From assembly GCF_000008625.1 (NCBI RefSeq), contig NC_000918.1, forward strand, positions 870,001 through 902,000: DNA of 32,000 nucleotides. Reading direction: 5' to 3'. The notes under the pieces were generated by a model. That model was not told the origin of the DNA and did no database searches. It saw only the letters and a program-made list of their open reading frames with translations. The DNA is from Aquifex aeolicus VF5. GTDB lineage: Bacteria; Aquificota; Aquificia; Aquificales; Aquificaceae. The position numbers and the translations under genes are program-made. This document shows positions 20,580-30,899 of the stretch, piece after piece; position 1 is the stretch's first letter, and every line of letters starts with the position of its first letter.

Positions 20580-22274
20580 ATGAGGAGAATTGGAGCCATA
20601 ACAGCACTCTCCCTGCCGGTTCTTTTATCACTTTTGTACTCATGCGGAACAGGAGGAAGTGCAAGTAAAGAAGAAATCTTATCTAAAAAGGAACACAACC
20701 CCGAGCCCAACATACCTCTTGAATGTTATACGGACACAGGAGTGGTAAAACTCGGAAAGGCGATAGCCAATCCCTGTTATGTGTGCCATACAAAAGCTCT
20801 AACTCCCTACGAAAACGAAGTTGACGACTTTGACCTGCAACTCGTTTACGATTTTCCGGAAGAAATAAAAGAAATGGGAAATCCATGGCTCAATGCCATT
20901 AAACCAGAGCTAACCATAGGAAGTGTACCTATGCCTTCCGACGAAGAAATTAAAACGTGGATAAGACAGGACAACTGGAGTAAAGCCTATGCAGAAAAAG
21001 GAAAAGGAGAACTCGTTTACTTTCCCGATATACCACCCATATACAAATACGAAAACGGTTCTTACGAACTTATAAACGTTGATAAAGAAGGCTTTGTAAG
21101 GGACCCCGAAACGGGTGAGTATACTGGATGGCGTGTGTTTAAGTGGAAACCTTTTCCCGGATTTTTCCCCACAAACGGGAGGATAGACTCAACCTTTATA
21201 AGGCTTCCTGAAAAGTTCAGAAAGAAGAACGGAGAGTTTGATTTAAACCTTTACAAAAAGAACCTCGCAATTCTTGAGTGTGCGATGAAAGGCGTAGCTC
21301 CCGGAGAAACCTGCTCGGGAACTGAAGTAGGAGACTTTATCATGCCTTTCCGCTACGAAGGTGATGCCTCAGACGTAGAAGTCGTAGTGTACCAGTATCC
21401 TCCCGGAACGGAATTTGCACATCCCCTTTACTACCTAGATCCCGAAAACACGCTTTCCTTTAAATCATTGAGGATTAAGGAAATGAGGTATATGAAGAAG
21501 CTTGCTTACGCGGATACGAGAACGGGCACGGGAGAAGAAGAGGAGGAAGAGGGCACATTCTTCTGGGATAAGGGCAGATTTTTTAACGACAGCGGATACT
21601 GGGAAATGAGGGCATTTATAGAAGATAAAAATGGATACCTCAGACCCCAGTCTCCCGAAGAGAGCAAGTTCTGCATAGCCTGCCACGGAGGTATAGGCGG
21701 AACCGTTGACGGCACATTTACCCTCTGGAGGAAGATTCCCGGAGAGGAAGGCTGGAAGGAACAGGATTACAAAAACATAAAGGATTACAGGTATAAAGCT
21801 ATTACATGTGAAAATCTGGATAGCCTTGAAATGGGAGAGGAAGTGAAGAAAGCCCTTGAGGCTTACTGTTCCAAAGTGGGCGAATCACCGGGAGAATACA
21901 CCGTGTACTTTGCACTCACTGCGGGTGGGGACCACTTCAGGAGCAACTATGAAATACTCCAAGATATAAGTGTGGACGGAAAAGTGGATCTGGAACTCCT
22001 CTATAATCCCGAGAAGATAAAATTCATTGATAACAGTGGATTTATAAAACCTGAACTCTTCTTCCCTGAGCCAGAAAGAGCCTACGGTATAGACAAGCAG
22101 TACTACAGGATAGTTAAAGCACAGGCATTCATTTACGGAAGGGATGTATTTGAGAAGGCGTTTGGCATATCAAGCGGTGGAAATTCCCTGGAAGAATTGG
22201 ATAATTTAGAAAGTACAGGTGTTAAGGAGTCGGGAATATGGAACTTCGTGAAAAACTTCCTCTCTTCAGAATGA
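20580..22274 (+). CDS. lipoprotein with two c-type haem-binding motifs (CYVCH, CIACH), unknown family
   Basis: Signal/lipobox PVLLSLLYSCG; CXXCH at 20775-20789 (CYVCH) and 21672-21686 (CIACH). Confidence 0.82.
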   Translation: MRRIGAITALSLPVLLSLLYSCGTGGSASKEEILSKKEHNPEPNIPLECYTDTGVVKLGKAIANPCYVCHTKALTPYENEVDDFDLQLVYDFPEEIKEMGNPWLNAIKPELTIGSVPMPSDEEIKTWIRQDNWSKAYAEKGKGELVYFPDIPPIYKYENGSYELINVDKEGFVRDPETGEYTGWRVFKWKPFPGFFPTNGRIDSTFIRLPEKFRKKNGEFDLNLYKKNLAILECAMKGVAPGETCSGTEVGDFIMPFRYEGDASDVEVVVYQYPPGTEFAHPLYYLDPENTLSFKSLRIKEMRYMKKLAYADTRTGTGEEEEEEGTFFWDKGRFFNDSGYWEMRAFIEDKNGYLRPQSPEESKFCIACHGGIGGTVDGTFTLWRKIPGEEGWKEQDYKNIKDYRYKAITCENLDSLEMGEEVKKALEAYCSKVGESPGEYTVYFALTAGGDHFRSNYEILQDISVDGKVDLELLYNPEKIKFIDNSGFIKPELFFPEPERAYGIDKQYYRIVKAQAFIYGRDVFEKAFGISSGGNSLEELDNLESTGVKESGIWNFVKNFLSSE

Positions 22275-22792
22275 GCACACTTTTAGCCATTCTTTTCCTC
22301 CTCCCTTTTTACACATTTTCTCTGAATAAAAAACCCGAAGAAGTTTTAAAGGGACTCTACCCTTCCGCGGAAATTGAAGTGGAGGACATTATCCTCACCG
22401 AAGAACAAGTAAAGGAAGTGGAAAAGCTCTCCGGAACGAAATTAAATACGCGCTTCGTAACCTTTTACATAGTTAAGAAAGATGGGAAGGTACTGGCTTA
22501 CGGATACGTGGATATACACAGGGTCAGGACAAAACCCGAAGCTGTGCTTTATGTAATATCTCCCAAAGGAAAAATTGAATTAATTGAGGTCCTTGCCTTT
22601 CACGAACCCCTTGAGTACCTTCCTCCCAAAAACTGGCTGAAACTCTTCGAAGGAAAGGACATAAACGCACCACTAAGAGTAAAGAAGGACATCCCGAACG
22701 TCACGGGTGCAACGCTAACCGCCCGAGCAATAACAAAGAATGCCAAAAAGGTTCTCGCCCTCTGGCAAGTTCTATTCGGAGGAAAAGAATGA
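22271..22792 (+). CDS. FMN-binding domain protein with candidate ApbE flavinylation motif
   Basis: ATG overlaps the preceding stop (ATGA). Signal-like [16 protein letters not shown]; C-terminal [23 protein letters not shown] matches the [S/T]GA[S/T]xT flavinylation consensus (TGATLT at 22703-22720). Confidence 0.78.
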
Positions 22793-23709
22793 GGTTCTTA
22801 ATAAGCGGTAGTATAAAGAAGAATAAACCCCTCCTTTACATAGTTTCTTTTTTACTTTTATTTGAACTCTTATTCTGGTTTTTCAACTGGTTTTATTACG
22901 ACGCGGTTTTTGGACTATCTCCTGAAAAACTGAGGGAGTTCTTCTTCGGTCCCCCTGACTATCCAGAAAAGATAGAAATTTCCTCCTTGCTTCAAGAGGT
23001 TCATATATTTTTCTTCATTAACTTTTTTGCTTACTTTGTGCTATCATCACTCCTTAATCTGTTTCCCGTTAAATTCAAGAATTCAGTAATAATTCTCGGA
23101 TTTTCCTTCTTAACCCTTGAAGTTCTATCAAACTTTCTTATTTATTTCACGGAAAACTTTATAACACTCAAGCTCATTTTATTTCTACTGTTTCAGGTAA
23201 TTTTCTTTACCACTTTAATTTTTAGCGTTTACGGATTAATTTACGAGAAGGAAAAAACGGACTACGACTTTTTAAAGACTCTAATAGTTATATTCGCAAT
23301 TTTCAGCATACTATTTACTTTTCTAAATTTTTTTCTCTTTAAGGAGAAGTTAGGTCTTTTCTATTCAGATATAAGGGATTACTACCTCGGAAATCCAGAA
23401 AAATTTGCAAGACCCAAAACCTTTGAAGGTTTAATTAAAGTCTTTCATCCTCACTTAATCAGCATTACAGCCTTTTACTTTGCCTTAGCCCATTTTTTGC
23501 TTTTTATACCTCTTAAATACAAAGCCCTTTTAATGGTTTTATTGATTTTAATTCCTTTAACTGAAACTTCCGCGGGATTTTTTATACGCTACTTTGGTGA
23601 AAGCTTTGTTTACTTAAAACTCCTTTCTTTTTACTTAATGATTTTTATAACATTTCTCAGTGCATTTTTACTGATAAAGGAAGGGATTAAAAAGCGGGAG
23701 CACGCCTGA
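22789..23709 (+). CDS. polytopic membrane protein, unknown family
   Basis: 306 aa, about 7-8 hydrophobic segments by eye, start overlapping the stop of the FMN-binding gene (ATGA); membrane-adjacent His ([29 protein letters not shown]). Confidence 0.75.
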
Positions 23710-25354
23710 CAGCCCTGAAGGACTCAAAGATTATAAACATTTCAAGGAGCAGTATTATAAAGCTAACGGAAAAGAGGAGTAAGTCTCCCTTCATTAAGTT
23801 GTTCCAAGCGTTCATAGCCATGGCGAGGGAAGTTATAAAGAGAACGAAAATCATGGGAATCAGGATAGGGAGAGTAGGCCTGTTTACCCTTTTTAGGTAA
23901 AGGTATCCTATCAGGAGAGCGAGCCCAGCGAGAAGCTGGTTTGCAGCACCGAAAACGGGCCAGAAAACCATACCACCCTTCCCGCCTTCTTTGGAAAGAA
24001 CAAGAGCCATGGACGTCAGTACCGCAACTCCGGAAGCTACCCAAGGGTTCGTAAGCAAACGCACCCCGTATATCTCTCCGAGCTCTCCGAGGATATACCT
24101 CTGTATCCTCACGCTCGTGTCCATAGTAGTTGCTGCAAAGAGAACAACAAGAGTGGCAATTACAGTTTTCCCGAAGTCTACGGGAATGCCGACGGCACCG
24201 AGCAGATTAGCCCCGCCGTCAACTACTGCAACGAGACTTGAGGACTTTATGGAGGACCACGAAGAGTAGAGTTCCTGGAACTTTTCAGCGGAAAACATGG
24301 CTATTCCCGCAGTGGTTGCGATTATAACCGCAAGGGCGAGGGAGCTTTCACCCATAAATCCGAGATACCCGACCGCCCTCGCGTCGCTCTCCTTTTCAAG
24401 CTGTTTTGATGAAGTTCCCGAAGACACCAAAGCGTGAAAACCACTCAGCGCCCCGCAGGCTATCGTTATAAACAGAAACGGGAATATAGGCGGTGCTCCC
24501 TCCGGATTTAAATTAACCGCAGGGGCTACTATCTTAGGATTTGCAATTACCGCACCGATGTAGAGTAAAATAAGAAGGATAAGGAGTTGCAAACCGTTTA
24601 AGAAGTCCCTCGGCTGGAGCAAAACCCAAACGGGCAGAGATGAGGCAAAAAAGGCGTAAGTAAAGAGAACGATTATCCACAACATTATGGGAGAAAGTCC
24701 CAGAGACTCTGCTAAAGGCTTTACATCTATCGGGGATACACTCCCGAGGTAAATACCAAAATACAGGATACTCAGAAAAATTACCGTAAGGATTAAGAAG
24801 TTCACCCTTAGCCTGTAAACGCTAAAACCGAAAATCACGGCGAGTGGAATTACAAGCCACGCGGGAAGCACACTTGAGGGATACTTTACAAAGAGAAGGG
24901 AAATCACGTAAGCGAAAACCGCGTTAACGAGTATCGCAAGGGCAAGCAGGAGGAGTAAAAATAAGACCCTCGCCTTTTCTCCTGCGTATTCACCGAGGAT
25001 AGTCCCGATGGACTTTCCTTTATGTCTTATAGACGTTACAAGAGCGGTAAAGTCGTGAACTCCACCGATGAATACAGCTCCCAGAACCACCCACAAAAAG
25101 GCAGGAAGCCATCCCCATATAACAGCTATTGCAGGTCCCACAATAGGTCCCGCTCCCGTTATAGAAGTAAAGTGGTGTCCGAGAAGTATCCACTTGTTCG
25201 TAGGAACGTAATCAACCCCGTCGTTTATTTCCTTTGCAGGAGTAGGTCTTGAATCGTCAAGCTGAAAAATCTTTTCTGCCAGATACTTTGAGTAAACGAA
25301 GTAACCGAAAGCGTAAAGAAGGAAAGCAATCCCTATTAACGGAAGGGCATGCAT
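23687..25354 (-). CDS. cstA: carbon starvation protein CstA family transporter
   Basis: [87 protein letters not shown]. Confidence 0.95.
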
Positions 25355-25381
25355 ACCTAAATATTGTATATTGATTATTTA

Positions 25382-25717
25382 ATGGAACTTCAGATACTGC
25401 TCATTCTTATAATAGCTTTTATATTTCTCGGACCCGAAGGTATGCTCAACGTTGCCACAAAACTCGGCGAACTCGCCCGTCAGGCGAGGGAATTAATAGA
25501 CCAGCTCAGAATGGAAGCTTATATGGAAGAATTTAATAAAAAAATCCTTGAAGAAGAAAAAAGAATGAAAGAGGAAGAAGCACCTCCCGAGGACATAGCC
25601 GAGGAATTAAAGGAGGAGCTAGAAGACGTTTTAGAAGAAGAAAAGGAGGAGAAGAAGGAAGATGAGTCAGGAAAAACTCCCGGAAATGCCTCTAACGGAA
25701 CATCTGAGAGAGCTTAG
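25382..25717 (+). CDS. tatB: Sec-independent translocase TatA/TatB-type subunit
   Basis: MELQILLILIIAFIFLGPEGMLNVATKLGELARQARELI: single TM, LGPE hinge, amphipathic helix, acidic tail. TatA vs TatB not resolved. Confidence 0.8.
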   Translation: MELQILLILIIAFIFLGPEGMLNVATKLGELARQARELIDQLRMEAYMEEFNKKILEEEKRMKEEEAPPEDIAEELKEELEDVLEEEKEEKKEDESGKTPGNASNGTSERA

Positions 25718-26408
25718 GTATCGTTTAATAATATCTATAATTGCCTTCCTTATAGGCTCCGGGATAGCCTTTTACTTTGCAAAGTACGTGTTTGAAATTT
25801 TAAAAGAACCCATCCTGAAGTCCTACCCCGAAGTGGAATTAATAACTCTATCTCCCACAGAACCTCTCTTTATACTCATAAAGATATCTTTAGCGGTTGG
25901 ATTTATAATCGCCTCTCCCGTAATACTTTACCAGTTCTGGCGTTTTATAGAGCCAGCCCTTTACTCCCATGAAAAAAGAGCTTTTATCCCGCTGCTTCTT
26001 GGTTCAATACTTCTCTTTATGCTTGGTGCATTGTTTGCCTACTTTATTGTCCTGCCTTTAGCCCTTAAGTTCTTGCTCGGCCTTGGATTTACTCAGCTCC
26101 TTGCAACTCCTTACCTTTCAGTTGATATGTACATAAGCTTTGTCCTTAAACTTGTTGTGGCCTTCGGCATAGCTTTTGAGATGCCCATAGTCCTTTACGT
26201 TCTACAAAAAGCAGGAGTAATCACCCCCGAGCAGTTAGCGAGTTTCAGAAAGTACTTCATAGTTATAGCCTTCGTGATAGGTGCGATAATCGCTCCGGAT
26301 GTTTCCACACAGGTTTTGATGGCTATTCCTCTTCTTCTCCTGTACGAGATATCCATCTTCCTTGGAAAACTGGCTACGAGGAAGAAGAAGGAAATTCAAA
26401 AGGCATAA
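25662..26408 (+). CDS. tatC: Sec-independent protein translocase TatC
   Basis: LTEHLRELRYRLIISIIAFLIGSG...EPLFILIKISLAVGFIIASPVILYQFWRFIEPALYSHEKRAFIPLL. Confidence 0.96.
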   Translation: MSQEKLPEMPLTEHLRELRYRLIISIIAFLIGSGIAFYFAKYVFEILKEPILKSYPEVELITLSPTEPLFILIKISLAVGFIIASPVILYQFWRFIEPALYSHEKRAFIPLLLGSILLFMLGALFAYFIVLPLALKFLLGLGFTQLLATPYLSVDMYISFVLKLVVAFGIAFEMPIVLYVLQKAGVITPEQLASFRKYFIVIAFVIGAIIAPDVSTQVLMAIPLLLLYEISIFLGKLATRKKKEIQKA

Positions 26409-26479
26409 GCTTTTTTTAATATTCTTATTAAATAAGGTTATATATAACAGAGCTCATAATAGGTTTTAATAAATATGTC

Positions 26480-28297
26480 ATGAAAAGAGCCGAGGAGGTA
26501 CCCGGAATTACCGTGAGTTTCAGCATCAAATTTCCCTTTTTAATGTGGTTTAAAAACTACTCAAAGGAAGGTTTCATAAGGGATTTAATAGCAGGTATCA
26601 CTGTAGCGGCGGTTTACGTTCCCCAGTCAATGGCTTACGCAATGCTCGCGGGAATGCCGCCCATCCACGGTCTTTACGTCGCCTTCATAGCAACGATAGT
26701 CGCAGCGATCTTCGGAAGTTCGCGGTACCTTAACACAGGTCCCGTTGCAATGACATGCCTTCTTTCGGCGTCCGTTCTGTACGGAATAGGCTTTGAACCT
26801 CAGACACCCGAATGGATAAAGTACATGGCACTCCTCGCCCTTATGGTGGGACTCATAAGGTTAACGGTAGGGCTTTTTAAGCTGGGTTTTATCGTGGATC
26901 TCATATCAAACAGCGTAGTCGTGGGTTTTACCGCAGCGGGTGCTCTCGTTATAGCCCTTTCCCAGTTCAAACACTTCTTCGGATACGAAGTAAAGAGTTC
27001 CACACACATATTCGAGGTTGTTATGGATCTTGTAAGCAAAATAGAGATGACCAACCCCTACACCCTTGCTATCGGAGTCCTCGCCTACTTCCTCATCTGG
27101 GGTTCTAGGAGAATAAGCGTATACCTTCCCGGTGCTTTAATAGCTGTTGTAGTTACTTCCTTACTCGTTTACTGGTACAAGCTTTACGATAAAGGTGTTG
27201 CGATAGTGGGAGAAGTTCCACAGGGTCTTCCTTCTCCAGAACCGCCACCCCTTGACTTTGCCATGATGAGCAAGATGTGGGGTGGAGCTTTCGTCGTTGC
27301 GTTTTTTGGATTAATTGAAGCTGTGGCAATAGCAAAAACCCTCGCCATAAGGGTTGGTGACAAGTGGGATCCCAATCAGGAACTTATTGGTCAGGGTCTT
27401 GCAAACGTAGCTGTTTCCTTCTTTAAAGGCTTTCCAGCCGGTGGTTCTTTCTCCCGTTCCTCCCTTAACTTTGCACTTGGTGCTGTTTCCCCGCTTGCAA
27501 GTGTGATATCTGGTGCACTTGTTGGACTAACGCTATTTTTATTTGCTCCTGCCTTCTACTATCTTCCTAAAGCTACTCTCGCTGCAATAGTCCTTTCCGC
27601 AGTTGTTAACCTAATAAGACCTCAGGATATTCTAAAACTTTACAGGATAAACAAAATAGACGGTGTGGTTGCAGGACTCACCTTTTTATCCGTATTCTTT
27701 ATGGATCTTTGGGTGGCTATCACCTTGGGAGTTCTCCTGTCCTTGGGAAGCTTTGTTTACAAGACTATGTACCCGCGTATAGTAACCTTAACAAGGGATC
27801 CCGTTACGAGAACCTTTGTAAATGCTGAGAAGAGAGGTCTGCCTGAGTGTCCCCAGATAATGTTCATAAGACCTAACATGTCCATATACTTCGGAAACGC
27901 CCAGTACGTCTACGACTACATAATGAACAAGGTGGAAGATGCCCTGTTTAATGGAAGACCCCTTAAGTTCGTCCTAATAGACATGGAAGCCGTTAACTAC
28001 GTTGACGCTACAGGTGCGGAAACAATAGTGAGGCTTGTGAAAGACATAAAACAGAAGGGAGTAGAAGTCGCTTTTGCAAACATAGGTTGTGACGTTTACC
28101 CAATCCTCGAAAACGCGGGATTCGACGAAGTAGTTAATCAGGATCTTGTATTCAACGCAAAAGGAGAAGCCATCGGAAAACTCTTTGAAAAGCTCGATCA
28201 CGATTACTGCCGAGAAAAGTGTCCTTACGCTGTATTTGACGAGTGTCTTGAGGTGAAACCGCCCGAAAAAGTTCAGGAGTTAAAGAAAGCGTCTTGA
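26480..28297 (+). CDS. SulP family anion transporter with C-terminal STAS domain
   Basis: DLIAGITVAAVYVPQSMAYAMLAGMPPIHGLYVAF...FPAGGSFSRSSLNFALGAVSPLASVISG; STAS segment PLKFVLIDMEAVNYVDATGAETIVRLV. Confidence 0.95.
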   Translation: MKRAEEVPGITVSFSIKFPFLMWFKNYSKEGFIRDLIAGITVAAVYVPQSMAYAMLAGMPPIHGLYVAFIATIVAAIFGSSRYLNTGPVAMTCLLSASVLYGIGFEPQTPEWIKYMALLALMVGLIRLTVGLFKLGFIVDLISNSVVVGFTAAGALVIALSQFKHFFGYEVKSSTHIFEVVMDLVSKIEMTNPYTLAIGVLAYFLIWGSRRISVYLPGALIAVVVTSLLVYWYKLYDKGVAIVGEVPQGLPSPEPPPLDFAMMSKMWGGAFVVAFFGLIEAVAIAKTLAIRVGDKWDPNQELIGQGLANVAVSFFKGFPAGGSFSRSSLNFALGAVSPLASVISGALVGLTLFLFAPAFYYLPKATLAAIVLSAVVNLIRPQDILKLYRINKIDGVVAGLTFLSVFFMDLWVAITLGVLLSLGSFVYKTMYPRIVTLTRDPVTRTFVNAEKRGLPECPQIMFIRPNMSIYFGNAQYVYDYIMNKVEDALFNGRPLKFVLIDMEAVNYVDATGAETIVRLVKDIKQKGVEVAFANIGCDVYPILENAGFDEVVNQDLVFNAKGEAIGKLFEKLDHDYCREKCPYAVFDECLEVKPPEKVQELKKAS

Positions 28298-28298
28298 T

Positions 28299-28385
28299 TG
28301 GTGCGGGTGGCGGGAGTCGAACCCGCACGCCCTTGCGGGCACCGGATCCTGAGTCCGGCGCGTCTGCCAGTTCCGCCACACCCGC
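28299..28385 (-). tRNA. tRNA-Leu, anticodon CAG, encoded CCA
   Basis: Reverse strand GCGGGTGTGGCGGAACTGGCAGACGCGCCGGACTCAGGATCCGGTGCCCGCAAGGGCGTGCGGGTTCGACTCCCGCCACCCGCACCA: 7-bp acceptor GCGGGTG/CACCCGC, anticodon stem CCGGA/TCCGG around CTCAGGA, long variable arm, GTTCGAC T-loop. Confidence 0.97.
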
Positions 28386-28391
28386 TACTTA

Positions 28392-28405
28392 TATAAAATT
28401 TTATA
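28392..28405. promoter_or_regulatory. 14-bp perfect palindrome between divergent tRNA-Leu and methyltransferase genes; possible shared AT-rich promoter core
   Basis: TATAAAATTTTATA. Confidence 0.35.
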
Positions 28406-28407
28406 CC

Positions 28408-29048
28408 GTGAACCCCTTTGACGCCTACTACAAAAAGTACGATGAGTGGTACGAAAAGCCCTTTGGAAAGAGTGCCTACGAATTGGAGGTAAAGTGCCTC
28501 TCCTCAATGGAGAAAAACTTAGGGAAATCTTTAGAAGTGGGAGGGGGACAGGCAGATTTGCAAAAGCTTTAGGTATTGAGTACGGAGTGGATACTTCCTT
28601 CAACATGCTCAAAGTCGCAAAAGAAAGGGGGATTAAGGTCGCACTGGCAAAGGGAGAAAATCTTCCCTTTAAATCCGAAACTTTTGACAGCGTTTTCCTC
28701 GTGGTTACCATTTGCTTTGTAGAAAATCCCAAACAAGTCCTCAAAGAAGCTCACAGAGTTCTAAAAAGGGACGGAAAACTTTACCTCGGGTTGATACTAA
28801 AAGAAAGCAAGTGGGCAAAGTTTTACGAGGAGAAGGCAAAAAATGGGCATCCTTTCTACAAACACGCGAGGTTTTACTCGTTCTTTGAGCTGAAAGAAAT
28901 GGTAAAAGATATTTTTTCCTTCGAGGAGATGAAAAGTACTCTCCTTGAAGAACCGCAGGACTCAGAACCTGTAAAGAATAAGGAGATAAAGCCCGGATTT
29001 TACGAAAATTCCGGTTTTACGTGTATAAGGCTTTCTAAAAAGCTTTAA
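28408..29048 (+). CDS. class I SAM-dependent methyltransferase, disrupted by an apparent 1-nt deletion in motif I
   Basis: Frame 1 from GTG 28408: VNPFDAYYKKYDEWYEKPFGKSAYELEVKCLSSMEKNLGKSLEVGGG. The other frame continues TGRFAKALGIEYGVDTSFNMLKVAKERGIKVALAKGENLPFKSETFDSVFLVVTICFVENPKQVLKEAHRVLKRDGKLYLG. Junction at the G5 run 28543-28547. Confidence 0.88.
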
Positions 29049-29059
29049 ACTATAAAATC

Positions 29060-29266
29060 ATGGCAAAAACGATACTCTCCAAAGCTTGGCACTACTTTTC
29101 AAACCTCCTAATATTCTACGGATACTACCTCCTCTTCTTGTTTTTCTACGACACCTTTCTCAGGGTGGTAAAACCGTTAGCTTTGCCTCTCGCACTCATA
29201 ATCACCTTGTCCATAGCTGGAATTCACTTAGTATTTATTTTGAGAAGGAAGAAGAAAAATGATTAA
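29060..29266 (+). CDS. small integral membrane protein, unknown function
   Basis: 68 aa, two hydrophobic segments, C-terminal RRKKKND; overlaps the start of the downstream gene. Confidence 0.5.
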   Translation: MAKTILSKAWHYFSNLLIFYGYYLLFLFFYDTFLRVVKPLALPLALIITLSIAGIHLVFILRRKKKND

Positions 29267-30560
29267 GTTCTTAATTCTGGGGGTTATCTTGATGGTTCAG
29301 GTTCTGACAGCTCAAGAGCTTTACATAAGAGACCTTCCAAACGGTGCAAAACTCATAGTAAAGCCAAGGGACGACACCGAAGCGGTTGCCCTTCATGTCT
29401 GGTTCAGGGTGGGATCGGTTTACGAGAAGTACGACGAGAAGGGAATGGCTCACTTTCTGGAGCACATGCTCTTTAACGGAACTGAGAAGTACAAGTACGG
29501 GGAGATAGACAGGATAATAGAGAGTTTAGGGGGAAACATAAACGCCGGAACTTCAAAGGATTACACCTACTACCACGTGGAAATAGCCCACCCTTACTGG
29601 AAACAGGCTTTAGAGGTCCTCTACCAGCTCACCATGAAGGCGACGCTGGACGAGGAGATGATAGAAAAGGAAAAACCTATAGTAATTGAGGAGCTAAGGC
29701 GGGGTAAGGACAACCCTACGACAGTTCTGTGGGAAGAATTCGAGAAGCTCGTTTACAAAGTATCCCCCTACAGGTTTCCGATTATAGGCTTTGAGGAGAC
29801 TATAAGGAAGTTCACGAGGGAAAAACTCCTGAAGTTTTACAAATCCTTCTACCAGCCTAGAAACATGGCTGTAGTCATAGTGGGAAAGGTTAATCCCAAG
29901 GAAGTGGAAGAAGAAGTTATGAAAACCTTTGGAAAGGAAGAAGGAAGACCAGTTCCCAAAGTTCAGATACCCACAGAACCCGAACAGATAGGTATAAGGT
30001 TTAAAAAACTCAAAGACCCCAGAATTGAAAAGGCTTACTGGATTATAGGCTGGAGGGTTCCAGCTATTGGAAAGACTGATTACAAAGGGCTTCTGGTTTT
30101 CAGTGAAATCCTCTGTGGAGGAAGGATTTCTGTATTCTACAGGGAGCTGAGGGAAAAGGGACTCGTTTACTCGTACTCCTGCGGAGACATGGGTAGACCT
30201 AGGGATAATATCTTCATTATAACGGCTACTTTCCCTCCCGAAAACTATGAAAAAGTCAAGAAGAGGGTGTTTGAACTTCTTAAGGAAACTTACGAGAACT
30301 TAACCGATGAGCAGGTGGAAGAGGCAAAGAGCAGGATAATAAACTCAAGGCTCTTTGAAGAGGAGAGAGTTGAAAACGATGCCTTTGATATAGGCTACTC
30401 CTACACTGTCGTGAGGGATCTGGACTTTTACAGGTTCTTTGATAAGAACCTGAGCAGGGTAAGAAGAGTGGACGTTATGAGGATATTCGAAAGGTACATA
30501 AAGGAGGATAAGTACTCGGAAATCCTTATGGTGCCTGAAGATGGAAATAAAGCCGAGTGA
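29259..30560 (+). CDS. M16 family zinc metallopeptidase
   Basis: Signal VILMVQVLTAQ; HxxEH motif AHFLEHMLFNGTEKY; downstream zinc-ligand region IEKEKPIVIEELRRGKDNP. Confidence 0.93.
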   Translation: MIKFLILGVILMVQVLTAQELYIRDLPNGAKLIVKPRDDTEAVALHVWFRVGSVYEKYDEKGMAHFLEHMLFNGTEKYKYGEIDRIIESLGGNINAGTSKDYTYYHVEIAHPYWKQALEVLYQLTMKATLDEEMIEKEKPIVIEELRRGKDNPTTVLWEEFEKLVYKVSPYRFPIIGFEETIRKFTREKLLKFYKSFYQPRNMAVVIVGKVNPKEVEEEVMKTFGKEEGRPVPKVQIPTEPEQIGIRFKKLKDPRIEKAYWIIGWRVPAIGKTDYKGLLVFSEILCGGRISVFYRELREKGLVYSYSCGDMGRPRDNIFIITATFPPENYEKVKKRVFELLKETYENLTDEQVEEAKSRIINSRLFEEERVENDAFDIGYSYTVVRDLDFYRFFDKNLSRVRRVDVMRIFERYIKEDKYSEILMVPEDGNKAE

Positions 30561-30569
30561 TGTAAAGGC

Positions 30570-30899
30570 TCAAACTTCCATCTTCTTTGCGTCCGCCCAT
30601 ATCCACTCAAGTCCATAGTACTCCCTAGTTTCGGGCGTGAATATGTGGACTATCGTGTCTATCAAGTCTATTAATATCCAGTGCCCATAATCCTTTCCTT
30701 CTATGTGGTCTATTTCTATGCCTCTCTTTTCGAGTTCTTCTTCGAGGTAATCCGCTAAAGCCCTTGCGTGAGTTGTGGAGTTTGCGGTGGCTATAACGAA
30801 ATAATCCGCGAGGTTGGTGAGCTTGGAAACGTCAAGTATTACTATGTCTTCCGCTTTTTTGTTCTCAAGAAGTTCCTTTATTAACTTTAGCTTTTCCAT
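30570..30899 (-). CDS. rsfS: ribosomal silencing factor RsfS
   Basis: DIVILDVSKLTNLADYFVIATANSTTHARALADYLEEELEKRGIEIDHIEGKDYGHWILIDLIDTIVHIFTPETREYYGLEWIWADA. Confidence 0.96.
   Translation of the reverse strand: MEKLKLIKELLENKKAEDIVILDVSKLTNLADYFVIATANSTTHARALADYLEEELEKRGIEIDHIEGKDYGHWILIDLIDTIVHIFTPETREYYGLEWIWADAKKMEV

Noticed and set aside
28152-28379. MAELADAPDSGSGARKGVRVRLPPPAPI... ORF
   Set aside because: Conceptual translation of the tRNA-Leu gene region, a classic artefact.
28294-28407. N-terminal extension MIGAGGGSRTRTPLRAPDPESGASASSATPATYI of the frame-1 methyltransferase ORF
   Set aside because: Antisense translation of the tRNA; the real start is likely GTG 28408.
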